NCBI RefSeq assembly: GCF_006345805.1
Contig: NC_043018.1
Span: 29,822,001 to 29,886,000 of the forward strand
Source: Octopus sinensis
Lineage: Eukaryota
Length of the DNA: 64,000 nt
Direction of reading: 5' to 3'
In this document: positions 12,391 to 25,928 of the stretch, piece after piece
Layout: the number at the start of each line of letters is the position of its first letter
Position numbering within the stretch: position 1 is the first letter of the stretch
Notes under the pieces: generated by a model
What the model was told of the DNA's origin: nothing
Database searches by the model: none
Seen by the model: the letters and a program-made list of their open reading frames with translations, nothing else
Made by a program: the position numbers and the translations under genes

Positions 12391-14220
12391 GATAGATTGA
12401 TTGATTGATTCTAGTTTCAGCTCACGAGCTGTGGCCATGCTGGGGCACCGCCATTTGGTGTTGCTACATGGTTTTACTTCACGGATGCTTTTTAGCAACT
12501 GTCATTTGGTGCATGAGAGAGTTCGATGCAGCTGCCCTCATCTGCACCTCCTGCCGTGAAGTTGGTTCATCTGGGATACCTGACAAGAAAAGATCCAGTT
12601 TCATTTTAAAGACATCTGCATCCACCCCATGCAGGTCTCTTAGGTTCTTCGGGAGGATATTGAAGAGTTGTGGGCCTCGGAAGCCCAGGCTATCACAGTA
12701 TCTTGTCCTACATCTTGATGGTAAATTTGGAGTCCTAGGCACCAAGCAGTGGCGCCCAGTTCTGGCATTTGTGTAACTCTCGATGCCAAAGTTTGGGACA
12801 AGTCCTTCCAGGATCTTCCAGATGTATATCATGGCATATCTTTCTCGCCTACGCTCCAAGGAATAGAGTTTTAATCTCTTGAGTCTTTCCCAGTTGCTTA
12901 TATTCTGCACAGAGGCTATCTTCTTCGTGTAGCTACGTTGGATCGCCTCAAGTTCTGTGATCAACTTGACACTGGATGGTGACCATAGCTGAGAGCAATA
13001 GTCAAAGTGACTTAGGACAAGTGTCCTCCAGAGGACCATCATGGTTTCTTGTTCTCTTGTTCTAAAGGTTCTGAGAATCCATCCGGCCAGTCGTCTACAT
13101 TTCATTGTCAATTTAGCAACATGTACACGAAAGGTTGCGTCATCACTCATGTAAATACCCAGGTCACGCACTGATTGTGCCTCCGGGATTGCAATTCCTC
13201 CGGGTCTAGTGTATTCATTGGGTATTGCATTTAGTTTTGCATGCTGATAGCATAAAGCTTGAAACTTTTCAGCATTGAACTGCATGCTATTCTTTACAGC
13301 CCACTTGTATATTTTGTCCAGCTCACATTGCAAGCGTTTAGTGTCCTCAGGGTTCTGTATTGCCTGTGAAACTTTTGTATCATCTGCATAACTTGTGATC
13401 GTGGCTCTCTGCGTGGCTGAGAGCATGTCTGAGAGGGCCATTATGAACAGTAGTGGTCCCAAAACAGTGCCCTGCAGAACACCGCTCACTATTTGCGTGT
13501 TAATGGAAGTGGCCCCATTGGCTACTACCACCTGACTTCTATCTTTCAGAAAGTCATGAAGCCATTCTCCCAGTTTTCCAACTATGCTAAGATCACGCAG
13601 TTTGTGACATATCATTCCATGATCGACTTTATCAAGACCTTTGCAAAGTCGAGATATATCACTTCCACATTTGAGTGGTTGAGCAGTCGTTTCAGCACCC
13701 AGTCATAGTGTTGTAGGAGCTGAGTTAAGCAGCTTCTTCCTGGTCGGAAACCATATTGGGTGTCAGGCAGCAAGTCATTTTCTTCAAGGAAGGTGATCAG
13801 TTTTCTTCTGACTATTCGTTCCATGACCTTGCTGATGTGTGAGGTCAGAGAGATAGGTCTGTAGTTCTTGGCCTCCGCTCTGCTACCTCCTTTATGAATA
13901 GGGCATATTTTACCTTCCTTCAGTTTTCTTGGAAGTTTGCCAGCTGCAAGGAAGCTCTGAAAGAGGAACTGCAGTGGTCTTGCTAGGACTCTCTTACATA
14001 CTTTTAGGAGGATTGCCGGGAATCCATCGGGGCCAGTAGCTGAGTCTGTTTTCATTTCATCTATAGCCTTTATTACATCTTCTTCCTTTATATCGATGTA
14101 ATCTATCGTCTCCGCCTCTGATTTTATATCTGCAGTGATAAAGAAGTCAGTTGGATTGGTGATTTGGAAATGCCCAAGGGGTGGAGTGAAAACACTCTTG
14201 AATTGCTCATTCAGTTTTCA

Positions 14221-14222
<2 letters not shown>
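12391..14222 (-). mobile_element. 5'-truncated CR1/L2-group LINE (RT + C-terminus + 3' end with (TCAA)n tail)
   Basis: ORFs 13612-14055 and 12479-13615: GPDG, NYRPISLTS, QYGFRPGRSC, YLDFAK, SGVLQGTVLGPLLF, YADDTK, FDYCSQLWSP; one frameshift near 13613. Confidence 0.92.
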
Positions 14223-14273
<51 letters not shown>

Positions 14274-14319
14274 TGCATGTATGTATGTATGTATGTATGT
14301 ATGTATGTATGTATGTATA

Positions 14320-15039
14320 TACAAAATGGGACAAGAACGCATAACATCCAGATAGACGATACAAAGGAATCAAGGACGAGTCATTCGGAGTTTTCCTTCT
14401 TCAGTTTAGTTCCTGAATACGTTTGCAATTTCGGCTGGTTATACTCGAGATTCCTCCAATCTGGCCAGACCCAAAGAAAACTAAGCTAAGAGAATTATAT
14501 TCCTTGAAAGAAAGCAGCGATTGCATACGAATAGAAGGACGGAAAAAAGACAGAGATGGTTACACAAATACAAATAACAGGATATAACAACAGGTGTCTT
14601 TCAGCTAAGGATGAATTAAATTAAGCTGGTGAGTGTGGACGTAATGCCTTACGGCAGGGATACAAGGTTTCACAGGCACAGGGAAGAATACAGAAGCTGT
14701 ACGGACAGCGGCGGAACCAAAAAAGAAAGGTCAGGCTTGGCCGAACACCGGTGACTTGGGGAGAGAAAAGAGAGTGCTAGAGGCAAAGGGACAGAAGAAA
14801 TAAAGAGGGGCGAGAAAAAATGACAGGGACACAGATAAGTGAAAAGAGGAGGGAAAGTGAGCATGAAGAGAAGGCAATGAAACTTGAGAGAGGGGGAATG
14901 GAAGAACGAAGAATGGAAGGAATGCAATAAGCGTGAAAGGGCTGATAGAAAGAAGGAAAGAATAAAAGAATAGAGTCGTACAAGATTTAGATAAATATAC
15001 ACTTACATATAAGAGACAGACCAAAGTGTACATACACCG

Positions 15040-15119
<80 letters not shown>

Positions 15120-15530
15120 CAAAATGGGACAAGAAAGCAAAAAATCCAGACAGTTAGGTGATACAAGAAAGGGATAACAAACATCCAGATAGACGATACA
15201 AAGATACAAAGAAGAAAAGGATGGGTTATTCGGAGTTTTCTTTCCGCAGTCGAGTTTCAGATTATCTTTGCAATTTCGGCTGGTTATTAGATTGCTCTAA
15301 TCTGGCTGGCCCCTAGGAAAAACTAAGTTAAGATAATCATATTCCTTGGAAGAAAGCAACGAATGAATACGAAAACAAGGACGGAAGCATAAACGGAGAA
15401 GGTTACACAAATACAAATAACAGGACATAACAACAGGTGTGTTTCGACTAAAGACGAATTAAATTAAGCTGGCGTCTGTGGAAGTAAAGCCTTACGGCAG
15501 GTATACACGATTTCACAAGAAAAACAGATT
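14320..15530. repeat. two diverged copies of an unclassified interspersed repeat (aaaatgggacaagaa...), probably PLE terminal sequence
   Basis: 14325-14680 and 15120-15515 align with each other; further fragments at 47170-47245 (-) and 47325-47345 (+). Confidence 0.6.
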
Positions 15531-16582
15531 AAAAAATCCTGGCAAATATCAAGTAAGCACTCAGTATAAGGGAATAAGGTTAAGTTTCCAACAAGTAGAT
15601 ACCAGTAAATGTAAGTAGAATAGTAATCCCAGGCAAATCATTGTGTATGGCAGATACATCCAATAATCCTTAGGCAGAACTTTAAGAATTTCAGAGTAGT
15701 AAAACAATGAATCATAAGTACGAAGAAAATCATAACTCTATTTTACATTACACCTTAAAAATAAAACGTAGAATTCCAGTCTGTAATTATCCACCGAGTT
15801 TATCAAGATTTATATACATTATTGATTATAGTAAATTTTCTATTATATAATAATCTTAATTCATATAAAAGGGCATAATGTAAAAATAAATAGATATTTA
15901 ATTATCTTATCCGTTATATTTATTCTTTATTTATCCAGCGTAGTCATTAATAATTGTATATATTATTATTTATTATAACTTTTCAACTATTATATAATAA
16001 GGTTAATTCTTGCATAAGAGTTTATTATAAAGAATAAATAGATATTGCTTTATCTTTTCTGTAATTTTTATTTTTTGATTATACAGTGAGATCCTTGGTG
16101 ATTGGATAGTATAGTTTGAATTTAATAATTCTTCAGTTATTATAAAATAAGGTTAATTTTTATAGAAGGGTTTATTACGGTAAATAAATAAATAGGTAAT
16201 TTATTATTGCGACGTAAAGTATATAAGTTTCTATTAACCTTTACATAAAATTATTTTCTGTAGTTTTTATTCTTTATTAAACATAACGTAGAATTCTTGT
16301 CTGCAGTTTTTGTTAATTAGTTATTCAATAAAGTCGCTCTTGGTTGAATAAATGAATGCCTAAAATTAAATTTGCTTTGGCGTTTCTTTTTGTTAGCGTT
16401 TTTAACAACTAAGATATTTTCAGATGTTTAGTTAAAATTTTACCTATATGGATTACCTTGATAATAATGTTGACAAATTTTCGTACATGTTGCTATTAAC
16501 TTTAGTAATATTATGTACATATATATGTGTGTGTATGAATGAACATATATATATATATATATTAATATATATATATACATAT

Positions 16583-16662
<80 letters not shown>

Positions 16663-16778
16663 ATATATGTAGGTATATATTACTGCAATTCAAACAATTC
16701 TTGGATTTTTAAAGTGTTATCTAAAAGAAAGATATGATTTTCTTCGTATGTATATGTACACATATATGTGTGTGTGCA

Positions 16779-16819
<41 letters not shown>

Positions 16820-16954
16820 AGTAATATATAAATATATGCATATATACATACATATATGTACATAACTACATATATATGTATATATACATGCATATATGGG
16901 TACAGGAATCAAAAAGATGTAGACACAATGAGAAACGAAAACATAAAAATGGGC

Positions 16955-17120
16955 TGGGCCGGTGTGTTTACGTCTCCGTAACTTAATGATTCGGCAAAAG
17001 GTAACGACAAAATAAGTACTAGGCTTACAAAGAATAAGTCCTGGGGTTAATTTGATCGACTAAAGGCGGTGCTCCAACATAGCCGCAGTCAAATTCCTGA
17101 AACAAGTAAAAGAATAAAAG
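16955..17120 (+). mobile_element. SINE family A, 3' part
   Basis: gtactaggcttacaaagaataagtcctgggg...ggcggtgctccaacatagccgcagtc. Confidence 0.8.
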
Positions 17121-18204
17121 AATATATATATACATACATATATATATGTTTCATACCTTCTGAGTAACATAAAGCTCATAGTTACACTGGTAGTTGAAAA
17201 CAATTGAAAATGTGTGTTTTATATATGATGCATTGACCTCTCAGATATACGTTCTGTGAATCATACGATACAAATGGTTAAAGCCAGAATGTACAAGCCT
17301 GAAAATAAACACCACCGTAAAATCATTTAATTGAGTGTTTTACCATTTCAATCCTTCAGTAACATATCGAAGGAACTCTCAGTAATTTAATCAAAGAAAT
17401 TCACTCCAATAAATACATTTAGTGAAGTACTTCATCAACGTATTCTCATTGATTAGTTGGTCATTTTACCTCAACATTTTCTAACGATGAAAATTTTACA
17501 GTTAATTGAATACATGAAGCACAAAGTAAAACAGCTTTGAAGTTACATTGGACGCCTTCTCATGTATGTATTCATTACACTGGATCAAGTTGTTGTGATT
17601 ATTGTTGTCCCTGTTACTGGTACTAATTTTGTTCTTGTTGTTGTTGTTACTACTATTCTTGTTATTGCCTCTGCTAGTGATGTTCCTGATGTTTAATTAC
17701 TGATGTTGTTCTTAATATTGGTGTTGCTGTTGTTGCTGCTCTTCTGCTTGTTATTTTTATTAATGTTATTAAGTGTTGTTGCTTTTATCACTGTTGCAGC
17801 TTTAGATTCTTTTGTTGTTGATGCTACTGTTGTTTCCGCTGTTGTTAATACAATTAATCGTTACGCTGAGGCCGAAGTATTCCTTCATCATTTAGCTAAT
17901 TTGTATTATTGTTGTTATTGCTGCTTGTTTGCTGTTGTTGTTCTCGTTAGAGCTACAGCAGTTTTGATATTGCTGCTACTGTTGCTGCAGTTGCTGCTTT
18001 TGTTATGGTTCTTGTTGATGATGTTATGTTCGCTGTTCATACACCAAAGCGTTTCTCTCTATTTCTATAGATTCTGATGTTCTGTTCAACAAGCCGAGTC
18101 ACAATAATATAGATCAGTGCTCCCAAGTATCACTGGTTCGTATACTGCCACCGCTACTGTACTGCAGTGTCTGTAACTAAGATTCTCTCTAACGATAGTT
18201 TGTC

Positions 18205-18418
18205 TTCGAGCTGGCAGAATTGTTAGCAAGCTGGGCAAAATGTGTAGCCGTATTTCGTCTGCCGGTACGTTCTGAGTTCAAATTCCGCCGAGGTCGACTT
18301 TACCTTTCACCCTTTCAGGGGCGATAAATTAAATATCAGTTACGCACTGGGGTCGATGTAGTCGACTTAATCCGTTTGTCCCCTCTGTATTTAGCCCCTT
18401 GTGGGTAGTAAAGAAATA
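18205..18418 (+). mobile_element. SINE family B
   Basis: Head, B-box, central block and tail match 4159-4392. Confidence 0.85.
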
Positions 18419-18699
18419 TTTTGGTGGCAAATATGGTAATGTTTTTAGCAATGGTGAAGATGAGAGAGAGATTGTGTGGTGAAGATGAGTCATTGACCTG
18501 ATTCCATTGTCATCAAAGATGGATAAAACCACAGAAGTAATTTGCTTGGCCAAATTTTAGAGAATAAAACAAGGAGTTTCAAGCTTGATAGCTTAGGTAT
18601 ATATTCTGTGGTGAAAAGTAATTAGAGGAGTTGGTAAGTAGAATTAAGTGCGAACTCTGAGGAGATGATAGGTAGTAGAATTTAACAGTCATTTAGTTT

Positions 18700-19140
18700 A
18701 ACAACAACAGCAACAACAACAACACTTTCATCACCATCATTACTTCCATCACAAACTTCACCAACATCACCAGCATCAGCACCATCAAAAACAGAGTCAG
18801 CACCACCGCTTCCAACACCAACATCACCAACAACACCATCGTCACCACCTTCAACACCACAATCCTCACTAAAAATTTCATAACCATCCCCAGAACTATC
18901 ATCGCGACCGTCACCACCGCCACCAACACCACCACCGCCGCCGCTGCCACACCACCACCGCCACTACCACCGCCGGCAATGTCATCACCACCGCTACCAA
19001 CACGAACGGCACCAACAACACTATCACCACAACCACCATCACCACAAACACCACCACCAACACCACCACCAACACCAACACCACCACAAACATCACCATC
19101 AAAACCACCTCCTCCACCACAACCACTGTCACCACCATCT
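18700..19140. repeat. degenerate (CAC/CAA)n array
   Basis: Direct reading. Confidence 0.9.
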
Positions 19141-19164
19141 TTATTATTTTCCAACATTTTTTTT

Positions 19165-20272
19165 TCACTACCCACAAGGGGCTAAACATAGAGGGGACAA
19201 ACAAGGACAGACAAAGGGATTAAGTCGATTACATCGACCCCAGTGGGAAACTGGTACTTTATTTATCGACCCCGAAAGGATGAAAGGTAAAGTCGACCTC
19301 GGCGGAATTTGAACTCAGAACGTAACGACAGACGAAATACGGCTACGCATTTCGCCCGGCGCGCTAACGTTTCTGCCAGATCGCCGCCTTTCCAACATTA
19401 GTAAAGTACATTTGTCAGAATATTTTACTCCTTTCTCAATATTCTCAACGATTCTCTAAAACTTTCTTGAAAATTTCTATTCTTCCTCCAATAAACATAA
19501 AAATGAAATAAATCCATTTTATATTTTTTTGTGATTTTGGCAAAATTTCAGCAATTTCTGGGCGAGCAATTTTGGCAAATCGATTTCATCGACAGCAGTG
19601 TCCAACTGGTTATTATTTCATCGATCCTGAAGAAGATAAATAAATGTAAAGTCGAACTGGACGGAATTTAAATTCTGATTCGAAAGAACCGGTAGAAATA
19701 CGTACTTCTTTATTACCCACTAGGGGCTAAACATAGAGGGGAGAAACAAGGGCAGACATAGGTATTAAGTCGATTACATCGAACCCAGTGCGTAACTGGT
19801 ACTTAATTTATTGACCCCGAAAGGATGAAAGGCAAAGTCGACCCTGGCGGAATTTGAATTCACAACGTAACGGCAGCCGAAATACCGCTAGGCATTTGTT
19901 CCGACGGTGCAAACCATGTATCCGAATCCATTTGAGGACATTTCTTTCCAATTTTGGTACAAGACCACCAAATTTCGGCGATGGGGTAGGGCTATGACGC
20001 GATTCTAGAGCTCAGCTGGGACCGATTCTATCGATGGGATGGAATGAAAAGCAGCATTGATTTCGGTGATATTTGAACTCGGAACGTAATGATTCAGAAG
20101 AAATACTGCCAAGCATTTTTTCCGAGGCACTAAGGATTCTTATTTCTTTATTGCCCACAAGGGGCTAAACAAAGACAAACAAAGGGATTACGTCGATTAC
20201 ATCGACCCCAGTGCGTAACTGGTACTTTATTTATTGACCCCGAAAGGTTGAAAGGCAAAGTCGACCTCACAG
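19165..20272 (-). mobile_element. cluster of same-orientation SINE B copies, young and old
   Basis: Young copies 19165-19390, 19703-19910, 20140-20272; older relatives ~19560-19700 and ~19960-20135. Confidence 0.8.
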
Positions 20273-20971
20273 GAATAAGAACATATATATATATATATGT
20301 GTGTGCGTATGTGTGTGTGTGTGCGTACGTGTGTGTGTGTATATGTGTGTGTGTATGTGTGTGTGTGTGTATGTATGCATGCATGTATGTATGTATGTAT
20401 GTATGTGTCTGTATGTATATGTATATACATAGGAAGAAAGTGAGCTTCAAGTAATCCGTAGAAAATATTTTTAAAATACTTTCAGGAACAATAGAGGCTT
20501 ATTGGTGCTGAAGGTTGTGACTGTGTTCTGAATCGGAGTACAATAAGCTGCAAAAAATTATTTTATAGTTCACGGTTGGCAATCAGGGTTGCCGAATATG
20601 CGAATCAAAATCCAAAAGTTAAGGAATGGAGTAGATAAAATCTGGACTACATATGTATATAAGCCAAATAAGCAACAAGGATATCCAAGGTAGAGTAGTA
20701 CAATTGTTTCATCCTACTTCATTTTATTAAACACTTCTACCTTGGATATCCTTGTTGCTTATTTGGATTTTAATCACCCCATTTGATTTATATGGATAAT
20801 ATCATACAAAATTCTGGTTCCTTTAACTTAAGTACCATATTCATCTGAATCTAAATTTTGCTGAACTTATACATATATATATGGAGAATTAAGAAAAAAC
20901 AAAAGACGAAGACAAGTGGTGTACAAAACAAACAGATTTATTAGTATAAGGCTCGGGAATAGAAGAAGTCT

Positions 20972-21004
20972 TTTACGTTTCGAGCCTACGCTTTTCTACA
21001 GAAA
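20972..21004 (-). ncRNA. degenerate minimal hammerhead motif (A6U variant)
   Basis: ttt-ctgtaga-a-aagc-gtag-gctc-gaaac-gta-aaa. Confidence 0.4.
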
Positions 21005-21079
21005 GGGACACAGGAAAAACAAGGAGAGAAAAAATGTGTGTTGTGGCTAACGATCTATCATGGCGCTGACTCGGACATA

Positions 21080-21110
<31 letters not shown>

Positions 21111-21239
21111 CTGTATTTTTCTAGAATGTAATACGTCATTTTAATATGTCCCTTTTATGTTTATTATCCCAAAATTTTATTATACCAATGTTTTATAACT
21201 TAAGCGTAACTTCACTGTGTTTTGTATGTAATACTGATT

Positions 21240-21293
<54 letters not shown>

Positions 21294-21739
21294 ACAATAT
21301 TAATGAATGGCCTTGATAGGCCATTCGACCCACTAGAAAGAGCAGCTAAACTCAAACCGCTAAATAGTTGTAATTCAGAAACCAAAGGAAAATAAAAACA
21401 TTTACACTTATCATCTTTGAATTTGCATAGTTTCGACATACATATTGGCAAACCGATTTAATTAAATTAAATTAAATCTATTTGCCACTGGCCTGTCTCG
21501 TCAGCAAAGAAGCCAGGGAAATATATATCCACGAGGCGACAGCATCGAGGCCTCGAGAATATATATTCTAAATTTTCAAAATCTACCGTCACCGCGCCAA
21601 CTTCTCAGAGCAGCAAATATAAACCGCGGATTTAATTTCAGAATTAACCAAAAGATCATTAATTAATCAATATCCTGATATTAATTAATCAATATCCTGA
21701 TACTGATAAATATATAGTATATATATATATATACAATAA

Positions 21740-23020
21740 TATGTTACTTTACTCGGCAGTCAAGATAAAACTCTGAGTTTCAGATGCCGAAGTGGAAATC
21801 CACAACACCATCTCTTCGGTTATCTGGCTATTTGAAAACGCTATGAAAAAATACCGTTAAATAAAGGGAAATTACTGTGTTATAACTCTGCTTGCCTGCG
21901 TACTTATACATCGCTCGTATTTTTCGTCATAAAAATTATATAAAAATACATAAAAAATATATATAAATATATAAAATCTTCTTGGGACATAACATAGAAA
22001 GCATGTTCTATCTGTTTTCTTTAGGGTACCAAAAACGTAACAGAAATTTAGTCACATATGGGCATGATCCGAAATGTTCTGTCCTTGTATTTAGACATGT
22101 AGTAGGGTCTAAGCTGCTTTTCCAGATAAGCCATCTCTCCATGTCGCATAGACCGCACCTTCCGCTGCCGTTGGTATAGGGCTTACATCTGGCCAAAATC
22201 TTCCATTGTATGTTATAATCGACACCTTTATCTCTTAAAGACCAAATATGATTAGATAATTGTGTCGCTTTTCTTTTGTTCCAGTGCCTAAAGCTCAAAG
22301 TGTGGTTATTGAACCTGGCCTTGAAATTACCCTCTGTAAGGCCCACGTATTCTTCGTCGAAACGGTGTCTTTAGTGGTTATAGAGTTTACGGTAGCTTCA
22401 TATATGATGGTCTTGGACATGCAAGCTCCATTTAGCGGGCACAATTCTTTATTCCTGCATGAACAGCTGTTTTCTTGTTGTGTTTTTTGTATGTTATGTT
22501 TGATTATGTTTTTAAAATTGGTAGTTGAACTAAAACTAATTTTTAAATTGTGTCTATTGAAGAGTTTCCTATAAGTATGGTTAACTGGAAAATGTCTATC
22601 TATCAGTGCTAGGAAATATTTATCTATATTGAAGGCCACCTCGGGTGAGTAAGGGGGCGTAAACCAGATGATCTTCCTATTTCTATTATTCCTTTTCCTT
22701 ACTGTTGGGCTAGTGATAGGTGTATATTTTATTTTTTCGCTAAAACCACTATCTTTTAAAGCCTTATTATAAACTGGGGCAACGCTATTGAAGATGTCCT
22801 TATCAGAGAAGAGGCTAGAAATCCTCTTACTAATATTTTTAACTAAATTTTTGAATACTATAGGGGGATGGCATGAACCTACATTAATATAACTATTATT
22901 GGGCTTCCTATAAGGCTTATAAATATTCTTATTAAGATCTAAGGAAACGTCTATGAAATTGACAACCGTCAGGTTAGTATCTACAGTTATACTAAGTCCG
23001 AAGTATTTCATTAACTGGAT
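21740..23020 (-). mobile_element. 5'-truncated Penelope-like element, Naiad-type (RT thumb + GIY-YIG endonuclease)
   Basis: ORFs 22295-23011 and 22008-22346: VNFIDVSLDL, SCHPP, C-x-C-x5-C-x5-C (CSCRNKELCPLNGAC), IIYEAT..MGLTEGNFKARFNNH, CGLC; one frameshift; hammerhead-like motif downstream at 21763-21825. Confidence 0.85.
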
Positions 23021-23039
23021 AATATATATATATATAAAT

Positions 23040-23077
<38 letters not shown>

Positions 23078-23232
23078 TATCCAGTTAATGAAATACTATT
23101 ATATGATTTTTATCTATTTATATATATTATTATATGACTATATGTATGTATTTGATCTTTGAGTGTGGATCTTAGTAATGTTCCTTTAGTTCCTGCTCGC
23201 ATTGCCTCCGCTCAAATTAAAAAGTGATTTAC

Positions 23233-23269
<37 letters not shown>

Positions 23270-23599
23270 ATATATGCGGTTTACTTTATTGTTACGAGGC
23301 CATTTTAACATACAAGCGTTGAAATGTGTACTGTAAAATAGTTTGCTTATGTTTATGAACACGTAGTTGTACTTTCAGCTTTATAGCGTTTAATATTGCA
23401 ATTAATTTGTCTGTGGCAGCTTAACTTAATGATAAAGCACTTGGCCGCAGTCTTGAAGGGACGTGGCTTCGAGTCCCATGGATATTTGTTGATCAGTTTT
23501 TCCGTTTTCTAAGCGTAGTTTACCATATATTTCTGCTCTCCTAGCGGCCTTTTCTGCTTTTGAAAATATATTATCATCTTATTTGTATCTTACGTATAT

Positions 23600-23975
23600 T
23601 TGTTTTATCTTTTATTTGTTTCACTCACTGGACAGAGGCCATACCAGAACACTGTCTTAAACTGCTTCGTCCAGCAAATCGATGCTTTTTAAATCTGATT
23701 CTTACTTGATCTTGCTCTCTTGCCATACGACTAACTTAAGAGAACGTAAACAAACCCACACCAGTGGTGATGTGTGGGTGATCAACGCAGACATAAACAG
23801 ACGCGCAAAGATATACATATACACTTATGTACAATGAGCTTCCCCAACTAAATTCACTCGCAGGCATCGGTTCGCTCGGGCTAAATGGTCCAAGGTGCCT
23901 CACAGTGTGGTTGAACCCGAAACAAAGTGGATGAAAAACTAGTTTCTGAACCACACAATTATGACATCCTGCCTG
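23600..23975 (-). mobile_element. old SINE family A copy
   Basis: Diverged match (ggttgaacccgaaacaaagtgg, ttgtttcactcactggacagaggcc). Confidence 0.55.
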
Positions 23976-24004
23976 GGCTTATGAATACATCTATCTATCT
24001 ATCT

Positions 24005-24045
<41 letters not shown>

Positions 24046-24061
24046 ATCTATCTATCTATAT

Positions 24062-24139
<78 letters not shown>

Positions 24140-24304
24140 ATATATATATATTTGTATATATATATGTATATACACACACACACACGCATATTATATATGA
24201 TATGATATATATGTATATATGTATATATGTGTGTGTGTGTATGTGTGAATGTATGTGTATTAATACATATATATATCTATTACCCATACATTTTATATAC
24301 ATAC

Positions 24305-24354
<50 letters not shown>

Positions 24355-24460
24355 ATGTGTGTGTGTATTTTACGATTCCGTACTGTTACTGTTCACCTCT
24401 AGCTCAGAGATTTAATATAGCTTATATATATATGTGCGTGTGTGTGTAACCATGTACATT

Positions 24461-24492
<32 letters not shown>

Positions 24493-24797
24493 ATATATAT
24501 ATATATATATAATATTTCAACAATTGAGGGTAAAATTAATTAATTATTAATCAATTTCACCAAGTATTCAGTATGCAAAGGGACCATTTAAGGCGAATTC
24601 AAATTATTACATTATATAAAAGGGCTTAGTAAAATAAATACTTTGCCGCATACTGAACTCATTAGAAATAGTAGCTAAAAAGACTTTTTTAAACTATTTC
24701 TAATACTTAAAGAAAACCTCTCTCATATAGTGTTGCTCAATTCAACTCACGAAAGTATGGGGGTAAAGACATTAAAAAATCAAATGCAAAGGTTATT

Positions 24798-24849
24798 TGA
24801 GAACGTACGTTTCAAGATTAGTCAACTCGACATTTCTATCATCAGCTCA
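24798..24849 (-). ncRNA. type I hammerhead motif with intact CUGAUGA core
   Basis: tgag-CTGATGA-t-aga-aat-gtc-gagtt-gac-taa-tct-t-GAAAC-gtac-GTT-ctca; 10.1/11.1 pair is U-U rather than G-C. Confidence 0.6.
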
Positions 24850-25001
24850 GAACTCCTTGGTTTGGATTTGAAAACACTGAAAGTGGGAGCATACCCTTTC
24901 GGCTTCTTATCGCTTCTGAAGATCTGCTCGAAACTAACAGTGCCAGCAAACTCAAATATGCAAGCGAAGAATTTCTGCTCTCCCCTTTCCAAAGCTACAT
25001 A

Positions 25002-25080
<79 letters not shown>

Positions 25081-25116
25081 GTATATATATATTATATATT
25101 ATACGTATATATATAT

Positions 25117-25163
<47 letters not shown>

Positions 25164-25188
25164 CGTATATATTATATATTATATATAT

Positions 25189-25239
<51 letters not shown>

Positions 25240-25859
25240 ACATATGCAAATATATATATATACCCACATACATACGCAGAAAATATCCCCATTTAAATTT
25301 CATGTTCCATCTGTAATTAAACTACCTCTTAATTATGATATAATGTCATATTCGTCTAATGTACCCTTCATAATGACCTTTTTGATAACATTTCATGTTT
25401 CATTTATAATTAGTCATTTAATATATTATTAGTCTATCGTGCTATTTTCATTTTCATGTCCACATACAATATATATTTAAAATATTTAACCACACATTTG
25501 AGTGATTATATTAAACTTTCAACCTGATATTTAAGTCAGTACAGTTTTATTATTTTATAATTTAACTTCATACATTTTTTATTGACATTTCACATAAAAT
25601 AATTATCCTCGCTTTTTCATCAAATAAAAACTTTTTTACCATCGTCGTCGTTGTCGTTGTCATCATCATCATCATCAATATCATCATCCTCCTCCTCATC
25701 ATCATCATCATCATCATTATCTCTATCATCGTAGTCGATGTCATTAGTACCATTATTTTTTAAATTTATTATATCTTTATATACATAAATATAGTTCAAA
25801 TTCTAGTTTACACATTATAAATGTCCATATCTATACTTCTATCTATATATCTAGCTAGT

Positions 25860-25899
<40 letters not shown>

Positions 25900-25928
25900 T
25901 GTGTGTGTGTGGTCTGTGCGTATATATA

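Noticed and set aside
22400-22470. Selenocysteine use in the Naiad-type PLE
   Set aside because: All four Cys-motif codons are TGT/TGC; no in-frame TGA at those positions.
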